Notes under the pieces: model-generated
Databases searched by the model: none
Told to the model about the DNA's origin: nothing
Seen by the model: the letters and a program-made list of their open reading frames with translations, nothing else
Position numbers and translations under genes: made by a program
Part shown: positions 33,894-44,793 of the stretch, in pieces
Layout: each line of letters starts with the position of its first letter
How positions within the stretch are numbered: the stretch's first letter is position 1
DNA from: a virus
Length of the DNA: 64,000 bases
IMG/VR virus record: IMGVR_UViG_3300023179_000058
Span: 25,766-89,765 of that record
Reading direction: 5' to 3' (one strand)

Positions 33894-36800
33894 ATCTCAT
33901 TGCAAGTGTGTATGCTCTTAATGAAGTGCGTTCAGTATTGCGTAGAATTGGATGGAAGTCTCTTACTTTATCATCTTGCATGACGAATGTTGTAATTGGT
34001 GATGAAACTTGTCGTACTGAATTATCTACAACGGTGTTTACATTTGTTCCTGCACCAGTTCCCATTGAACCATTAATTAGTTGACCTTGTTCATTCAAGA
34101 ATTGTTGAGAGCCAGCACCTAATGTGGCTGTAGGAATTACACCTCCAACAGGTACGGAAGAAAGTGTACCGGAGATGTACTCAAGACTTCCTGCGGCTGT
34201 GTTTAGTGTATTACTAAAATCACCAGCAAATGCACCAGCACCAATAGATCCGGCCGCGGCCGCCAACGAACCTGTGAGTGCGGCGCCTTCTGCCATCAAC
34301 TCTTCTCTAGTTTTCTTTTTATTCTGAACCTTACTTAATTCAACGAATTGTTGTGCGCCCTCATAGAACATTGGACCCGCTTGAATCAATTTGGCATAAA
34401 TTGCTCTTGATTCGTCTGTTGCCAATCCAGTAGACTTAACAAAGTTATCCACAAAGTCGCGATATGCAATTCTACTTTCTTCAACAGTACCTTTGAATTC
34501 TGGAATGTCAAAGTTTTCAAGACCAGGAATATTAAGTTTAGTCTTAATTTCGGTTTCAATGGCCTCAAATTGTTTTTTCTTTTGATTCAAACTGTATGTC
34601 AGTTGTTCTTGTTGCGTATAGAAGAGTTTGTAATAATCGCCAACAAACTTATTGAAATTGTCTTGCTGTTCTTGAAGGTCTTTACCTCCGAATATTGTCA
34701 TAATGTCATATTTCAAGTCGGCAAGTGCAAGACCAGTTTTACCTTCAACTGTTTTAGCAAGATCGTCTGCGGTGTATTTCAACATCTCAAACGCATTATT
34801 CATGAAGACTGTAGATTCTACAAGTCTACTGAAAGTGGTAGTTATACTTTCTAACGCATCGCCAACTTTGATTTGATAATTTACAATGTCTGCATATGCA
34901 GTTTTAATCATCTCATCGCTGAAGCCAAGAATGCTTTCTTGCAGTCTCTTTGCTTGATCTGCTTGTGAAAGCCCCATCAAGTTTATTTCAATTGCTTTTG
35001 TAAAACCAGTAATCGCTTCAGGATCAATACCTAGAATGTTTGCGCCTTCACGAACACCAGTAAATACTTGATTGACAGCACCTTGCATGTACTTAACAAG
35101 TTCTGGATCGGCTGCCTTTTCATTTCGACCGCTACGATCACCTCTAAACTTACCGCCTTCTTGTCTCCAGTTTTCGTATTCACGAATGTCTGTTCCGCTA
35201 CCTTCAGCAAGTGTTCCTGTGATACCAGCAGACTGAGTTTTCTTAGGACCCATACCAAAAAGTGAGTCAACAACACCACCAAGTATACCACCAACAAAAC
35301 CGCCGATACCAGGAAGAATAAAGTTACCTATCATTGCGCCAATAGTTGAAGAACCTACGCCTTGAATAAGTTGTTTGTCTCCAGCAATTGCACTACCAAT
35401 AAATGAACCAGCCATACCTCCTGCAAGGCCTTCTAGTGCAGTTCCGGCTATTGCACCAGAACTCATTCCGGTAGGAACAGCCATACCAGCCTCACCATAT
35501 GCGGCGGCTAATTGTGCGGAGGTCATGCCTGAAGACATTCCTGAACCAAAGTTTGCAATAGTTTGTGATCCGAGTGTGCTACCCAAACTCTGAATCATTC
35601 CACCTGCACTTGCAAGCAAACTTCCTGTTGCGAGTGCATTATAGATTTGATATCCAGCAAGTAAGGTGTTTAGCAAACCGCCAGGTGTTCTGATATTTGC
35701 ATTTTTCAATGCATATAGGTTGAATAAAGTTCCCCCAAAGCCAATGCCTCCAGAACCACCTTTAAGGATGTCCATGCCACCTTCGAGGCCTTTGCCTGCT
35801 ATAATGTTTTTACCAAACGCATTTAAAGCGACTGTTGCTGGTCCAAAGCCTAGTCCAAGTTTTTGTGCGGCATACATTGTACCAAAATCAACAAGAGCAT
35901 TGCCCATTGAAAATCCGCCGCCCGCAGGTGTGCCTTGACCAGTTACACCTGGTATAGTTCCTCCTGCACCAACAGCACTAGGCGCAGAAGGCTTAAAGAT
36001 TCCTGAGATTGCATCACCAATTGATTTAGTGCCTGAGAATACATCCATAACTGCGGAACCAACGCTCTTCACGCCTTCCCAAATACTTCCTAGAGTTCCA
36101 AGGAAGCCTCCGCCACCTCCGCCTGCCATACTGCCCATCATATTCATCTGTGCAGAACGAGCCTGCATCTGTGCGATTTGTGCTTGAGATTGTACTGAGT
36201 ATTGAGTAATGTTAGCCATGCCTTGTAGATGATTGCCTAAGACTTGACTCATGCCTTGATTGTGATAATCGCCAGCCATTACCATACCATCGCGTATCTG
36301 TAATGCGCCTTGTTCCATGTAGCGGCCTTGAGCATCTACACCTAGTTTCATCTGGCGTTCTACATTACGCTGATATTCTTCGTAACCACCAGCGCCACCG
36401 AATAGTGGGCTGAATGGCTGACCAATCATGAGAGCCATTTGCTGACTGAAGTTTTGAATGCCTTGTTCATATCCAAAGAGGCTTCGCATACCTGTTGGAA
36501 TGCCTGTCATAGCATAGATTAAGTCTTCAGTCACCATTTTCTTATTCTGGCTAACTGCGGCTTTTGCTTGCGCTACTTGTGCGCCTTTCTGACCAAGAAG
36601 TTGTTCTAACTGATCAACTTGTTTAATTAGATTGATCTTATCTTGAGTTGGTCTTCCTGTAATAGGATTCATCGCATTCAAGCGATCCACAAGAGTTACT
36701 TGTGAAGACAGTTTATCAAACTCTACTTTTGTCTTATCGTAATCCGCTTTGAGTACATCGTACTGTTTTCTAACTGATGCACCTTGTGCGTAGTTATTAA

Positions 36801-39800
36801 TAGCACGATTGAAACCTTGTGCGGCATTTGGACCAAACATAGGTCCAAGAACTTGATTGACAAACTGATCGGTGTAACTTGCGGCTAACTTCGAGAAGAT
36901 ATTGCCGTAAACAGGACCCATGTCTTTGCCAAGAATCTTTGTGGCAAAGTTTTGGAATGAGTTTTGATACAATTGATCGATTGCACCAAACGCACTATTT
37001 TGTTGTCCCATGACACCAAAACCTTGCGGTCCACCCATTGCTTTATAAAGGCTACGACTAACATCACTTTGAATTTGCCCCAAGAATTGCATCTCAAGGC
37101 TCTTACGCTGTTGATCATATTGATTGTTTAATTTTTGAATACCTGTTGCAATCTGTTGTTGATAAACAAGATTCTGAGACTCCATCTCATTTGATGCGGC
37201 ATTCAGATTAATTAATCTACTATCGGCATCTTGTCCAGTATACGCGGTTGTTGTTGCTCTTCTAGATTCAATGCCGTCAATTACACCTTGTTCGAGCAAT
37301 GTGCGATTGCGAATATAAGTTTGTTCTGGTCCACTAATTGTTCCGTTAAATCCGCCACCAAAATTACCTTGACCGAATGTGCCGCCAGCGGCTTGCATGA
37401 TAGGACCAGTATCATAGAAACCACCGCGTGTGCCACCGCCATACTGACCTGGCATACCTACAGTCATTAATGAAGGTGGTCCAAATCCGAATGATGATCC
37501 ACCGGCTCCAGGTTGTACTCCAGAGTAATAATTAGATGCGGCTGGTCCGCCCTCTTGGCGAATCATCGCCGCTTGCAATTGAGGAATTAAATGTGGCGGG
37601 ATTCTGTCATTAGGTCCAATACCCAATGAACGAGACATGTTTGCAACATACGCGCCAGTATCGTTATTATCACCAGGCGGCGCATATTTACTAATGAATT
37701 GATCAAGCGTCATTCCTCTGGATTGTGTATCCAGTTGAAGTTGCTTTTGCATCGCCAACATGCCCATCTCTGGTGTTGGGAATTGTGCGAACGATCCTTC
37801 CGGACCAGGAATTGCACCCTCTAATACGCCGCCAGGACCTGCGTAGCGTGAATAGTATCTTAGGTTACCTGGATTGTTATTGCGTACAGATATAGGCTCA
37901 TTATTTGAAACATTATTTGGTGTGTAAGTAGGAGACTGGCTAGGCAATGTTGCTGGTGCCGCTGGCGCAGGCGCTACAGGCGCAGGTGCGGGACTAGTTA
38001 ATCCTCTAGTCTCTCTTTTTCTTTCAGCCGCACTATCTCTATCTCTTCTTTGTTTATCTGAAACAATTGCATCGCGGTCTCTTACATAATTTTCATCTGT
38101 TGGAGTGAAAATTGATTTTGTAAAACCTTCTTTAGCCATTCTAGCGGCTTCTTTTGTCATTCCGCTTTGATATGGTTCATACTTTGTTTCTTGAATCTGA
38201 ATGCTCTTACCAAACTCTGCTACTTTCTTTGCTACATCTCCTAGACCAGGAATGACATTAATAAAACTTGAAATTTTATCAATAACCCAAGAAGTGACTG
38301 CGTTGACGCCTCTTGAGATTGCATTGAACATACTTGTAATAGCAGGACCAATAAAGTTTACACTTGCGTCAACCGCGTTACCTACCACACCGAATATGTA
38401 CTTCTTAGCGTTGAACCAGCCTTCACCAATTGAGTTTGATAGATCATTCCACCATGACCCAATCACATTACCCATGCGAATGAATAGTTTACGAAGCCCA
38501 ATGCGATCAAGTATCTCCATACCAAAGTTGGCAATGTTGACAACAAAATCGTCAAAGATTAGCCAAAGTTCATTAAACGCATTCTTAATACCTTCACCAT
38601 CAAAGGTGAACAAAGCACCAATTAATCTAAATGTTTCTTTTACAAAATCAAATATGTTAGTAACTAGACGAGTTAGATAAACTGTGCCTACTTCTTGCAG
38701 ACCAGTGTTATAACTTTCTGCCCATGTTGCACCGCTACCAAAAATGTTACTAATTGCATAGTTGAGTACTTGAGATGCAATGTCAACAAAGCCTAGGAAG
38801 AATGAAGAAAGCCCGCCGCCTAAGAAACCAGCAACACGATCCATAAAGGTAACTTCAATTGCATTCTTATCAATAATTGAGGCAATCTTTTCTTCATCAA
38901 ATGCAACAAGTAAACCATCAAATACAGATAGAATAATATCAAGCGGAATTAAAAACTTCAATAATTTTTTACCAATGTCACCAAGAACTTTGACTATTTC
39001 AGAATTCTTGATTGCATCAATGGCACTATCCATTGCCTTCAGTCCTTTTTGGACTGTCTCTACAACATATGTCTGATAGAAGTATCCTAGTTTTGCTGAT
39101 ATAGATTCAAGAAAGCCACCGGTGCCGCCAAGAATCTCAGGCATGATTTTGCCTAAGTCATCTAGACTTAATGCTAAACGCCCATCAGAAAACGCCTTAG
39201 TAACTCGGTTGAATGATTCGAGTGCATTAGTTCTAAGACTATCAAATTTGATAGCCAAGTCATCAAAGTAACTTCCTACTTTACCAAACGCATCGGTAAA
39301 TGTTGTTTTGAATGTGTCAAATTTTGCGCCAAGGTTTGCTTTTACTTCATCAAGCAAGTCTGCAAGAATTGCTACATTAATTAATGTGGTATTTCTTAAA
39401 CGACCAAAACTTGCAGGTAGCGCATCAAATGTTTTTTCAATTGCGCGAATTACATCTTCAAAGTTTGGTAGTCTGATTCTGACTTTAAAGTCATCAAACG
39501 CTTTAATAATGTCATCAAAACTAGGAATTTTAAATTTTGTTTTAAAGTCATCAAACGCATTCTTGAATGTATCAAGAACACCATTAAATACATTTCTGAT
39601 TCGACTTGACAAGTCCGAAAGAAACTTTATTATGTCATCAACAAAAGGAAGTTTTTTAAATCTTTCAAAAAGGTTTCTGAAAAAATCACCAAAGCGTCTT
39701 GGCAAGTCCGAAAGAAACTTTATTATGTCATCAACAAAAGGAAGTTTTTTAAATCTTTCAAAAAGGTTTCTGAAAAAATCACCAAAGCGTCTTGGCAAGT

Positions 39801-40428
39801 CTTCAAAGAACTTGAATAGATTATCTAACGAAGGAAACTTTACTCTGAGATTCTTTAAAAAGTCTAAAAATCGTAGAAGCCCATTACCTAGACCACGAAG
39901 CACATCTGTAATAAAGTTTACTATTTTTCCTAAACGAGCAAGCCCGTCTTCAAGGAATCTTAATATACCTCTAAACCTTGCGAGAATGTCATCTAACTTT
40001 GTATTCAGAGCATCAAGAAAACCTCTGAATAATTTTAATAATTTTTCAAAGCCTTTTGCAAACGCGCCAGCGATGGCGAGTGCAAGATTCTTTAAGAAAT
40101 TAAGAAAACTGTTTTGTTCATCTTTACCTTGTCCTAAAATAGCCTTTAGAATGTCGGATAAAATTGAATTAGTTTTCTTTTGTTCACCAAGAATATCGGT
40201 GAACAGTTTTTTCTGCTCTAAAGATTTTTCTTCATCGAATGCCCTGTCACGCTGGCGCTGAGTTTGATCAGCCTTCATCATTTTAGCAAGACTTGCGAAT
40301 ACAGGCGCAAATGCCGCGGGGTTGCCCGCAATGGCAGCCCCTTTCAAGCCTGCTCCGAAGCCTGAAAGGGATTGACTGATTGAACCTGCAATCGTTTTAC
40401 CTAGGTCGCCTACTAAATTTGCTGCCAT
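33892..40428 (-). CDS. Tape-measure/baseplate-hub-like protein (gp29 position) with internal lysozyme-like domain
   Basis: 2178 aa, helical and Gly/Ala-rich; RNNNPGNLR...KYAPP..N.T..Y domain; follows gp51/gp26. Confidence 0.75.
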   Translation of the reverse strand: MAANLVGDLGKTIAGSISQSLSGFGAGLKGAAIAGNPAAFAPVFASLAKMMKADQTQRQRDRAFDEEKSLEQKKLFTDILGEQKKTNSILSDILKAILGQGKDEQNSFLNFLKNLALAIAGAFAKGFEKLLKLFRGFLDALNTKLDDILARFRGILRFLEDGLARLGKIVNFITDVLRGLGNGLLRFLDFLKNLRVKFPSLDNLFKFFEDLPRRFGDFFRNLFERFKKLPFVDDIIKFLSDLPRRFGDFFRNLFERFKKLPFVDDIIKFLSDLSSRIRNVFNGVLDTFKNAFDDFKTKFKIPSFDDIIKAFDDFKVRIRLPNFEDVIRAIEKTFDALPASFGRLRNTTLINVAILADLLDEVKANLGAKFDTFKTTFTDAFGKVGSYFDDLAIKFDSLRTNALESFNRVTKAFSDGRLALSLDDLGKIMPEILGGTGGFLESISAKLGYFYQTYVVETVQKGLKAMDSAIDAIKNSEIVKVLGDIGKKLLKFLIPLDIILSVFDGLLVAFDEEKIASIIDKNAIEVTFMDRVAGFLGGGLSSFFLGFVDIASQVLNYAISNIFGSGATWAESYNTGLQEVGTVYLTRLVTNIFDFVKETFRLIGALFTFDGEGIKNAFNELWLIFDDFVVNIANFGMEILDRIGLRKLFIRMGNVIGSWWNDLSNSIGEGWFNAKKYIFGVVGNAVDASVNFIGPAITSMFNAISRGVNAVTSWVIDKISSFINVIPGLGDVAKKVAEFGKSIQIQETKYEPYQSGMTKEAARMAKEGFTKSIFTPTDENYVRDRDAIVSDKQRRDRDSAAERKRETRGLTSPAPAPVAPAPAAPATLPSQSPTYTPNNVSNNEPISVRNNNPGNLRYYSRYAGPGGVLEGAIPGPEGSFAQFPTPEMGMLAMQKQLQLDTQSRGMTLDQFISKYAPPGDNNDTGAYVANMSRSLGIGPNDRIPPHLIPQLQAAMIRQEGGPAASNYYSGVQPGAGGSSFGFGPPSLMTVGMPGQYGGGTRGGFYDTGPIMQAAGGTFGQGNFGGGFNGTISGPEQTYIRNRTLLEQGVIDGIESRRATTTAYTGQDADSRLINLNAASNEMESQNLVYQQQIATGIQKLNNQYDQQRKSLEMQFLGQIQSDVSRSLYKAMGGPQGFGVMGQQNSAFGAIDQLYQNSFQNFATKILGKDMGPVYGNIFSKLAASYTDQFVNQVLGPMFGPNAAQGFNRAINNYAQGASVRKQYDVLKADYDKTKVEFDKLSSQVTLVDRLNAMNPITGRPTQDKINLIKQVDQLEQLLGQKGAQVAQAKAAVSQNKKMVTEDLIYAMTGIPTGMRSLFGYEQGIQNFSQQMALMIGQPFSPLFGGAGGYEEYQRNVERQMKLGVDAQGRYMEQGALQIRDGMVMAGDYHNQGMSQVLGNHLQGMANITQYSVQSQAQIAQMQARSAQMNMMGSMAGGGGGGFLGTLGSIWEGVKSVGSAVMDVFSGTKSIGDAISGIFKPSAPSAVGAGGTIPGVTGQGTPAGGGFSMGNALVDFGTMYAAQKLGLGFGPATVALNAFGKNIIAGKGLEGGMDILKGGSGGIGFGGTLFNLYALKNANIRTPGGLLNTLLAGYQIYNALATGSLLASAGGMIQSLGSTLGSQTIANFGSGMSSGMTSAQLAAAYGEAGMAVPTGMSSGAIAGTALEGLAGGMAGSFIGSAIAGDKQLIQGVGSSTIGAMIGNFILPGIGGFVGGILGGVVDSLFGMGPKKTQSAGITGTLAEGSGTDIREYENWRQEGGKFRGDRSGRNEKAADPELVKYMQGAVNQVFTGVREGANILGIDPEAITGFTKAIEINLMGLSQADQAKRLQESILGFSDEMIKTAYADIVNYQIKVGDALESITTTFSRLVESTVFMNNAFEMLKYTADDLAKTVEGKTGLALADLKYDIMTIFGGKDLQEQQDNFNKFVGDYYKLFYTQQEQLTYSLNQKKKQFEAIETEIKTKLNIPGLENFDIPEFKGTVEESRIAYRDFVDNFVKSTGLATDESRAIYAKLIQAGPMFYEGAQQFVELSKVQNKKKTREELMAEGAALTGSLAAAAGSIGAGAFAGDFSNTLNTAAGSLEYISGTLSSVPVGGVIPTATLGAGSQQFLNEQGQLINGSMGTGAGTNVNTVVDNSVRQVSSPITTFVMQDDKVRDFHPILRNTERTSLRAYTLAMR
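39610..39801. repeat. Exact 93-bp tandem duplication
   Basis: CAAGTC recurs at 39610, 39703 and 39796 with identical sequence between. Confidence 0.9.
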
Positions 40429-40626
40429 TTATTTTCTTCTTGACTTTATTTGCGCTTGTTGTTCTCTTTGTCTTTGATTTTCTTCTTTTATAAATTCAGC
40501 CAACAGGGTTATATAAATGTCACGCTCAAAAGGCATCATCTCCTCAAGTTCAGTTAAACTATATTTATGGTGTTGTACCATAGCAAAGTTTGTCTTGTAA
40601 TAATTCAGAAGATTTTCATTGGACAT
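40429..40626 (-). CDS. gp51: Baseplate hub assembly protein, gp51-like
   Basis: NFAMVQHHKYSLTELEEMMPFERDIY. Confidence 0.8.
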   Translation of the reverse strand: MSNENLLNYYKTNFAMVQHHKYSLTELEEMMPFERDIYITLLAEFIKEENQRQREQQAQIKSRRK

Positions 40627-40628
40627 TG

Positions 40629-41369
40629 TTATCCGAAAAAACTTGTCATACCCTCTAATTCTACTTTATCTTCACATCCGCATGTAGCGCATGTCCAAGT
40701 AATTACCTTCTTCAACTTAGGCATTGTGTTAAAGAATTCAGTTATTTTTGCAAACTGTTCTTGTGAAAGCCCGTTGATAAATTCTATCAATTCGCTCTTT
40801 GTAGATTCGCTAGCCGGGTAAGTGTTCTCATTATCAAAAATGTAATCGATACTCTCAACCACAACACCTTGAATTACATCAAATTGATTTTGTTTGTCAT
40901 TGGCTTGCAATTTATCTGCCATAGACATGGTTGGATATTTGAGTACAACACCAACGCCAGACTCTTCATCTAACAAAATCTTGCTAGTGTGATTCTCATT
41001 TACTTCTACTTCAACATCCATAATGTTTAACTTGTATGGAGTATTGTACTCACACATTTCGCCCTTAGAGTTTAAACCTGTTGGGTGAGTGAGTTTAAGT
41101 TCAATCTCTTCACCAATTGATTTGCCACGAAGACGCAAGAAGAAATATTCCAAATCAAACATTGGAAGTTTATCTACATCAATTTCGTCTACAGAGCAAT
41201 TGGTAATGATCTGTTTAATTGCACGAAGCATCTCTTTAGGGTCTTGGGATTCAAGAGCCATTAAAAGAATCTTCTGTTCTTTAACTAAGAACGGTCTATA
41301 TTTGTAACTTTTTTTAGTTGAATGTAATGTCAACTCATAAATCGGTGATTTGATTTTTGGTAAAGCCAT
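40629..41369 (-). CDS. gp26: Baseplate hub subunit gp26
   Basis: MALPKI..P.YEL, YRPFLVKEQKILL, RGKSIGE. Confidence 0.88.
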   Translation of the reverse strand: MALPKIKSPIYELTLHSTKKSYKYRPFLVKEQKILLMALESQDPKEMLRAIKQIITNCSVDEIDVDKLPMFDLEYFFLRLRGKSIGEEIELKLTHPTGLNSKGEMCEYNTPYKLNIMDVEVEVNENHTSKILLDEESGVGVVLKYPTMSMADKLQANDKQNQFDVIQGVVVESIDYIFDNENTYPASESTKSELIEFINGLSQEQFAKITEFFNTMPKLKKVITWTCATCGCEDKVELEGMTSFFG

Positions 41370-41398
41370 GATGTTTCTCCTTTAGTATAAAAAAATAA

Positions 41399-42133
41399 TT
41401 ACGCAGTTAGAGTGCCAGCAGTTTGTTGTGTGTTAAAAACTGGCGTATCTCCAGGTAATTGAATATACCCTTGCGTAAAGTCCACAGTATGAAAACGATA
41501 AGTCATTGTTACTGAAAATCGTTGATATGTGTTCTGCTCTTCCCAAGTTAAGTTCATTGGACTTAACTGGATTGGATATGCGTTGAACAAAGTATATCTA
41601 GCAAGTTGTTTTCTGTCTCCACTTACTTGATGTATACGCACTTGTCCAGATGCATATTGATTATAGTATTTTGAAAGACCAGCACGGCTTGCATTTCCGT
41701 TTTGAAGGTCTGTCTGATTAATAATGTTTTCGACCCAAACTTCAAACATTGCTCTTTCTCTAAAATCCTCAGAGCAAATAATCTGCATGTTTACATCTTG
41801 GTACGAAGTTTCATATGCATATTTTGTCGTTGGTCCGTATGCTTGATCATCTGCGGTAGATACAGTTCTTCCTGGCAATTCTGTCGCTTCACAGCGAAAA
41901 CGAAAAGTACTATTAATGTCTTTACCATCAAACGAATTCCACCAGTTTGGTCCTGAAATATTTACGCTACCTGCAACATTGAAAGTTTGTCCAGGACGAT
42001 TTGCATTAGTGAGTCCTGTTCTTGTTTTAGTCAAGAATGCACTTCTTAACTCTGGAGGCAAATCAACCTCCGCGTAAAACATATTAGGTCTTACGGGTTT
42101 GAAGTTTGCTCTAAATTGACTGATACTAAACAT
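41399..42133 (-). CDS. gp54: Tail tube initiator, gp54-like (gp19 fold)
   Basis: RPNMF, CEATELPGR, LFNAYP; synteny. Confidence 0.7.
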   Translation of the reverse strand: MFSISQFRANFKPVRPNMFYAEVDLPPELRSAFLTKTRTGLTNANRPGQTFNVAGSVNISGPNWWNSFDGKDINSTFRFRCEATELPGRTVSTADDQAYGPTTKYAYETSYQDVNMQIICSEDFRERAMFEVWVENIINQTDLQNGNASRAGLSKYYNQYASGQVRIHQVSGDRKQLARYTLFNAYPIQLSPMNLTWEEQNTYQRFSVTMTYRFHTVDFTQGYIQLPGDTPVFNTQQTAGTLTA

Positions 42134-42145
42134 ATTTGTTTGTCC

Positions 42146-42742
42146 TTAAATCATTGCTCTACTGTCTGCCCAAATGCTTGCTTTATCTGATTTTTTAAAT
42201 CTTTCAAGTGGTAGAAATAGCGCAATGTCCCATTCCGGCGCTTTAATTTCCAAGAATTGCGAACGAACATGATTGTACAAGTATCGTTTTACAGTTGGTT
42301 TGAATGCACTATATTTAGATGCACTTTGCAGAATACGATAGGTTGCTAGAATCTTTGTTTTATCATTGTACTTCTTATCAGTTGTAATAGTGTACAATGC
42401 GTCCATTAACTTTGCGCGAAGCATGTATGGTAGATAATGGAAGTTGATTCCCAAAAAGCCATCGTTATAAGTCTCAATAGGAAAAATTAATGGAAATGTA
42501 TCATAATATGGTAGGTCAAGTTTGCCCTTTGGGTCATACTTAAACAAGTACATATATCCAGGCTTCATGTCTACGACTTTGCGTTTTGGCTCAAACGAAC
42601 GAATAACTTTGGATGGCGTAAGCGAGGCAATGCCTTCCGCTTGTTGCGCGGCATCTCTGTACCATTCTCTTGCGACTTTGGTTCTTGCAGGTGTCATACC
42701 TGCTGAAACGCCGCGATAGATGAGTTCTTTAAATAGAAGCAT
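42146..42742 (-). CDS. gp2: DNA end protector gp2
   Basis: YDPK.K..LPYYD.FPLIF, GINFHYLP. Confidence 0.9.
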   Translation of the reverse strand: MLLFKELIYRGVSAGMTPARTKVAREWYRDAAQQAEGIASLTPSKVIRSFEPKRKVVDMKPGYMYLFKYDPKGKLDLPYYDTFPLIFPIETYNDGFLGINFHYLPYMLRAKLMDALYTITTDKKYNDKTKILATYRILQSASKYSAFKPTVKRYLYNHVRSQFLEIKAPEWDIALFLPLERFKKSDKASIWADSRAMI

Positions 42743-42771
42743 AAAATCCTACTGATTTGCGATACATATAT

Positions 42772-43206
42772 TTATGTCAATTGCTTCTCAGTAAGTAACT
42801 TAAAATCCCAATTTCTGTCTAAACAATACTCAGTTGCCGCTTTCCATTTGGCTTGATTGACGCCCCATGTCATCACTTCATTCAGATACCTGCGCGTAGG
42901 TTTACCGACAAGTTTTGCCGGTTCTAGTGTTTGTTTGTGTGGTTTTACCTCAATCAATGATGCACGAATAGTGCCGTTTTTATCTTTATAGCGTATCCAG
43001 AAATCGACAAAGTAACGATGCCAACGATTATCGATTGGAGACTTGTAAGGTACAACTATCTCTTCCGAATTCCACTCCAGAATTGACGAATTTGTATCAC
43101 AATAGACCATGAATCTGCGTTCGAGTAGACTCCGATAAATGATATTTGTTGGATCACCCTTGTATTTTTGTGGGTTTTTCGGTTTGAATCTACCTTTGTA
43201 TGCCAT
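42772..43206 (-). CDS. gp4: Head completion nuclease gp4
   Basis: YKGRFKPKNPQKYKGDP..IIYRS, HRYFVDF, EVKP. Confidence 0.93.
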   Translation of the reverse strand: MAYKGRFKPKNPQKYKGDPTNIIYRSLLERRFMVYCDTNSSILEWNSEEIVVPYKSPIDNRWHRYFVDFWIRYKDKNGTIRASLIEVKPHKQTLEPAKLVGKPTRRYLNEVMTWGVNQAKWKAATEYCLDRNWDFKLLTEKQLT

Positions 43207-43214
43207 TTTCAGAT

Positions 43215-43222
43215 TATAAATA
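43215..43222 (+). promoter_or_regulatory. T4-type late promoter
   Basis: TATAAATA upstream of gp48. Confidence 0.8.
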
Positions 43223-43247
43223 AGAGAGTTAACCTATAGGGATTTAT

Positions 43248-44270
43248 ATGGCAAGAACATCTTTCACACCAACCGCAGATAATCAGACGGCTCTGTATCC
43301 TGAGGCTGGTTCTGGAATACAGGAAGCGTCTTCTGCGGTAAGCGGACATGACCGCTATACTGCGGCTAATCTAGTTCAAGGAACTGGAGTGTGGCAATAT
43401 CCTATTCAGAATGATGATTTTAATGTGCCATTTTTACAATTTAAATTTCTTGATGCCTTTGGAAATATTTTCAATCAACAAAGGGCACCTACTATCTATC
43501 TGCGAATGCCAAATCAATTTAACATTTCTGCATTCTCAGAGTACGCAAGAACAGATAATGTCTTTGGTGCTGGCAATCAATTGCTTAAAAACGAAAACGA
43601 TCTAGCACTTGGTCGTGCAAAACAAGAAGAGTCATTTGATAGCAGTCTAATTGCAAAGTATGGATTGAGTGCGGCTGAAGCGTTTCAAACCGGTATTGCA
43701 AGAGCGTTGAGAAATGTTGAAGGCTTTCTTGCATCTGGTGGTATGAACAACATTGCACAATTTGAATTTACTCAAAGACAAGCAGTTAATCCGTTCTCTC
43801 AGTTATTGTACAAAGGTCCTCAGCACAGAAAGTATCAAATTCCTGTAATGATGCGTCCACGATCAAAGCAAGAAGCAGAACATATCAAAAAAATTATTCA
43901 TACTTTTAGAGTTGCATCATCACCATCAGTTCCCGATGTAAGTGGTAATTTTACATACACTGGATTAAGTGGAACAAGACCACCTATTGAAACTGGTATT
44001 GGCGAAGGCAGTACATTCACATATGGCTATCCGCACCTAACTCAGTTTGATGTGGTTTTCAAAACTGTAGAGCAAGATATTAAAATTTTTAGAAGTAAGG
44101 CTTGCGTGATCGATTCTGTTGCAGTTGACTATGGTGGTCAAAAACTTACATTCTTTGAAGATGGTAATGTAACAGAGGCGCAGTTGACAATTCAGTTGAC
44201 AGAAATTATTCCAAGAACACTTGGCGATGGTCTGTCCGAAGCAAAGAACAACAATTTCTCAATGGTATAA
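43248..44270 (+). CDS. gp48: Baseplate tail tube cap gp48
   Basis: NPFSQLLYKGP..R, PRSKQEA, YP..F, F..G......L...EI; synteny. Confidence 0.75.
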   Translation: MARTSFTPTADNQTALYPEAGSGIQEASSAVSGHDRYTAANLVQGTGVWQYPIQNDDFNVPFLQFKFLDAFGNIFNQQRAPTIYLRMPNQFNISAFSEYARTDNVFGAGNQLLKNENDLALGRAKQEESFDSSLIAKYGLSAAEAFQTGIARALRNVEGFLASGGMNNIAQFEFTQRQAVNPFSQLLYKGPQHRKYQIPVMMRPRSKQEAEHIKKIIHTFRVASSPSVPDVSGNFTYTGLSGTRPPIETGIGEGSTFTYGYPHLTQFDVVFKTVEQDIKIFRSKACVIDSVAVDYGGQKLTFFEDGNVTEAQLTIQLTEIIPRTLGDGLSEAKNNNFSMV

Positions 44271-44271
44271 A

Positions 44272-44793
44272 ATGTTTCAATTTTTTCCTAAAACACTTTA
44301 TCTTATTAACGACTTTGATTATCAAAAAGTTGTTGATCTAAATGTGTCTGCACAAATTACAGACTATGTTAAGAAATTCAAAACTTCTCCCTCGATTCGC
44401 CAATTCATTATTCGAGACGGCGAAAGACCAGAAGCACTTTCACAACGCCTATATGGTACACCAAAATACGATTATCTGATTATGTTATTGAATGACATTG
44501 AAAGCATCTACGATGACTGGCCTCAAAATTCTGTAGCACTCAATAACTATATTGAAAAGAAATATGGAAGCATTTCCGCATCGAATGTAACAGGTTATTG
44601 GTACACTGGTGACGGTGATCAAGTGGCGGAAGCATATTGGAATACGCTAACAAATGATCCAAAAAAATATTCCAAGTCATTCCTTGAATACGAAGTAGAC
44701 TTGAATGATGAGAAAGCAAAAATCGATATATTTGATATTCAAATTGCACTAAAATTTGAAACTGGTTTACAAGAATTATTTGACAATCTATAA
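44272..44793 (+). CDS. gp53: Baseplate wedge subunit gp53
   Basis: FQFFP, IRDGERPEALS..LYG, DWP. Confidence 0.85.
   Translation: MFQFFPKTLYLINDFDYQKVVDLNVSAQITDYVKKFKTSPSIRQFIIRDGERPEALSQRLYGTPKYDYLIMLLNDIESIYDDWPQNSVALNNYIEKKYGSISASNVTGYWYTGDGDQVAEAYWNTLTNDPKKYSKSFLEYEVDLNDEKAKIDIFDIQIALKFETGLQELFDNL

Noticed and set aside
39308-40261. 317-aa plus-strand ORF
   Set aside because: Antisense shadow of the repetitive tape-measure-like gene.
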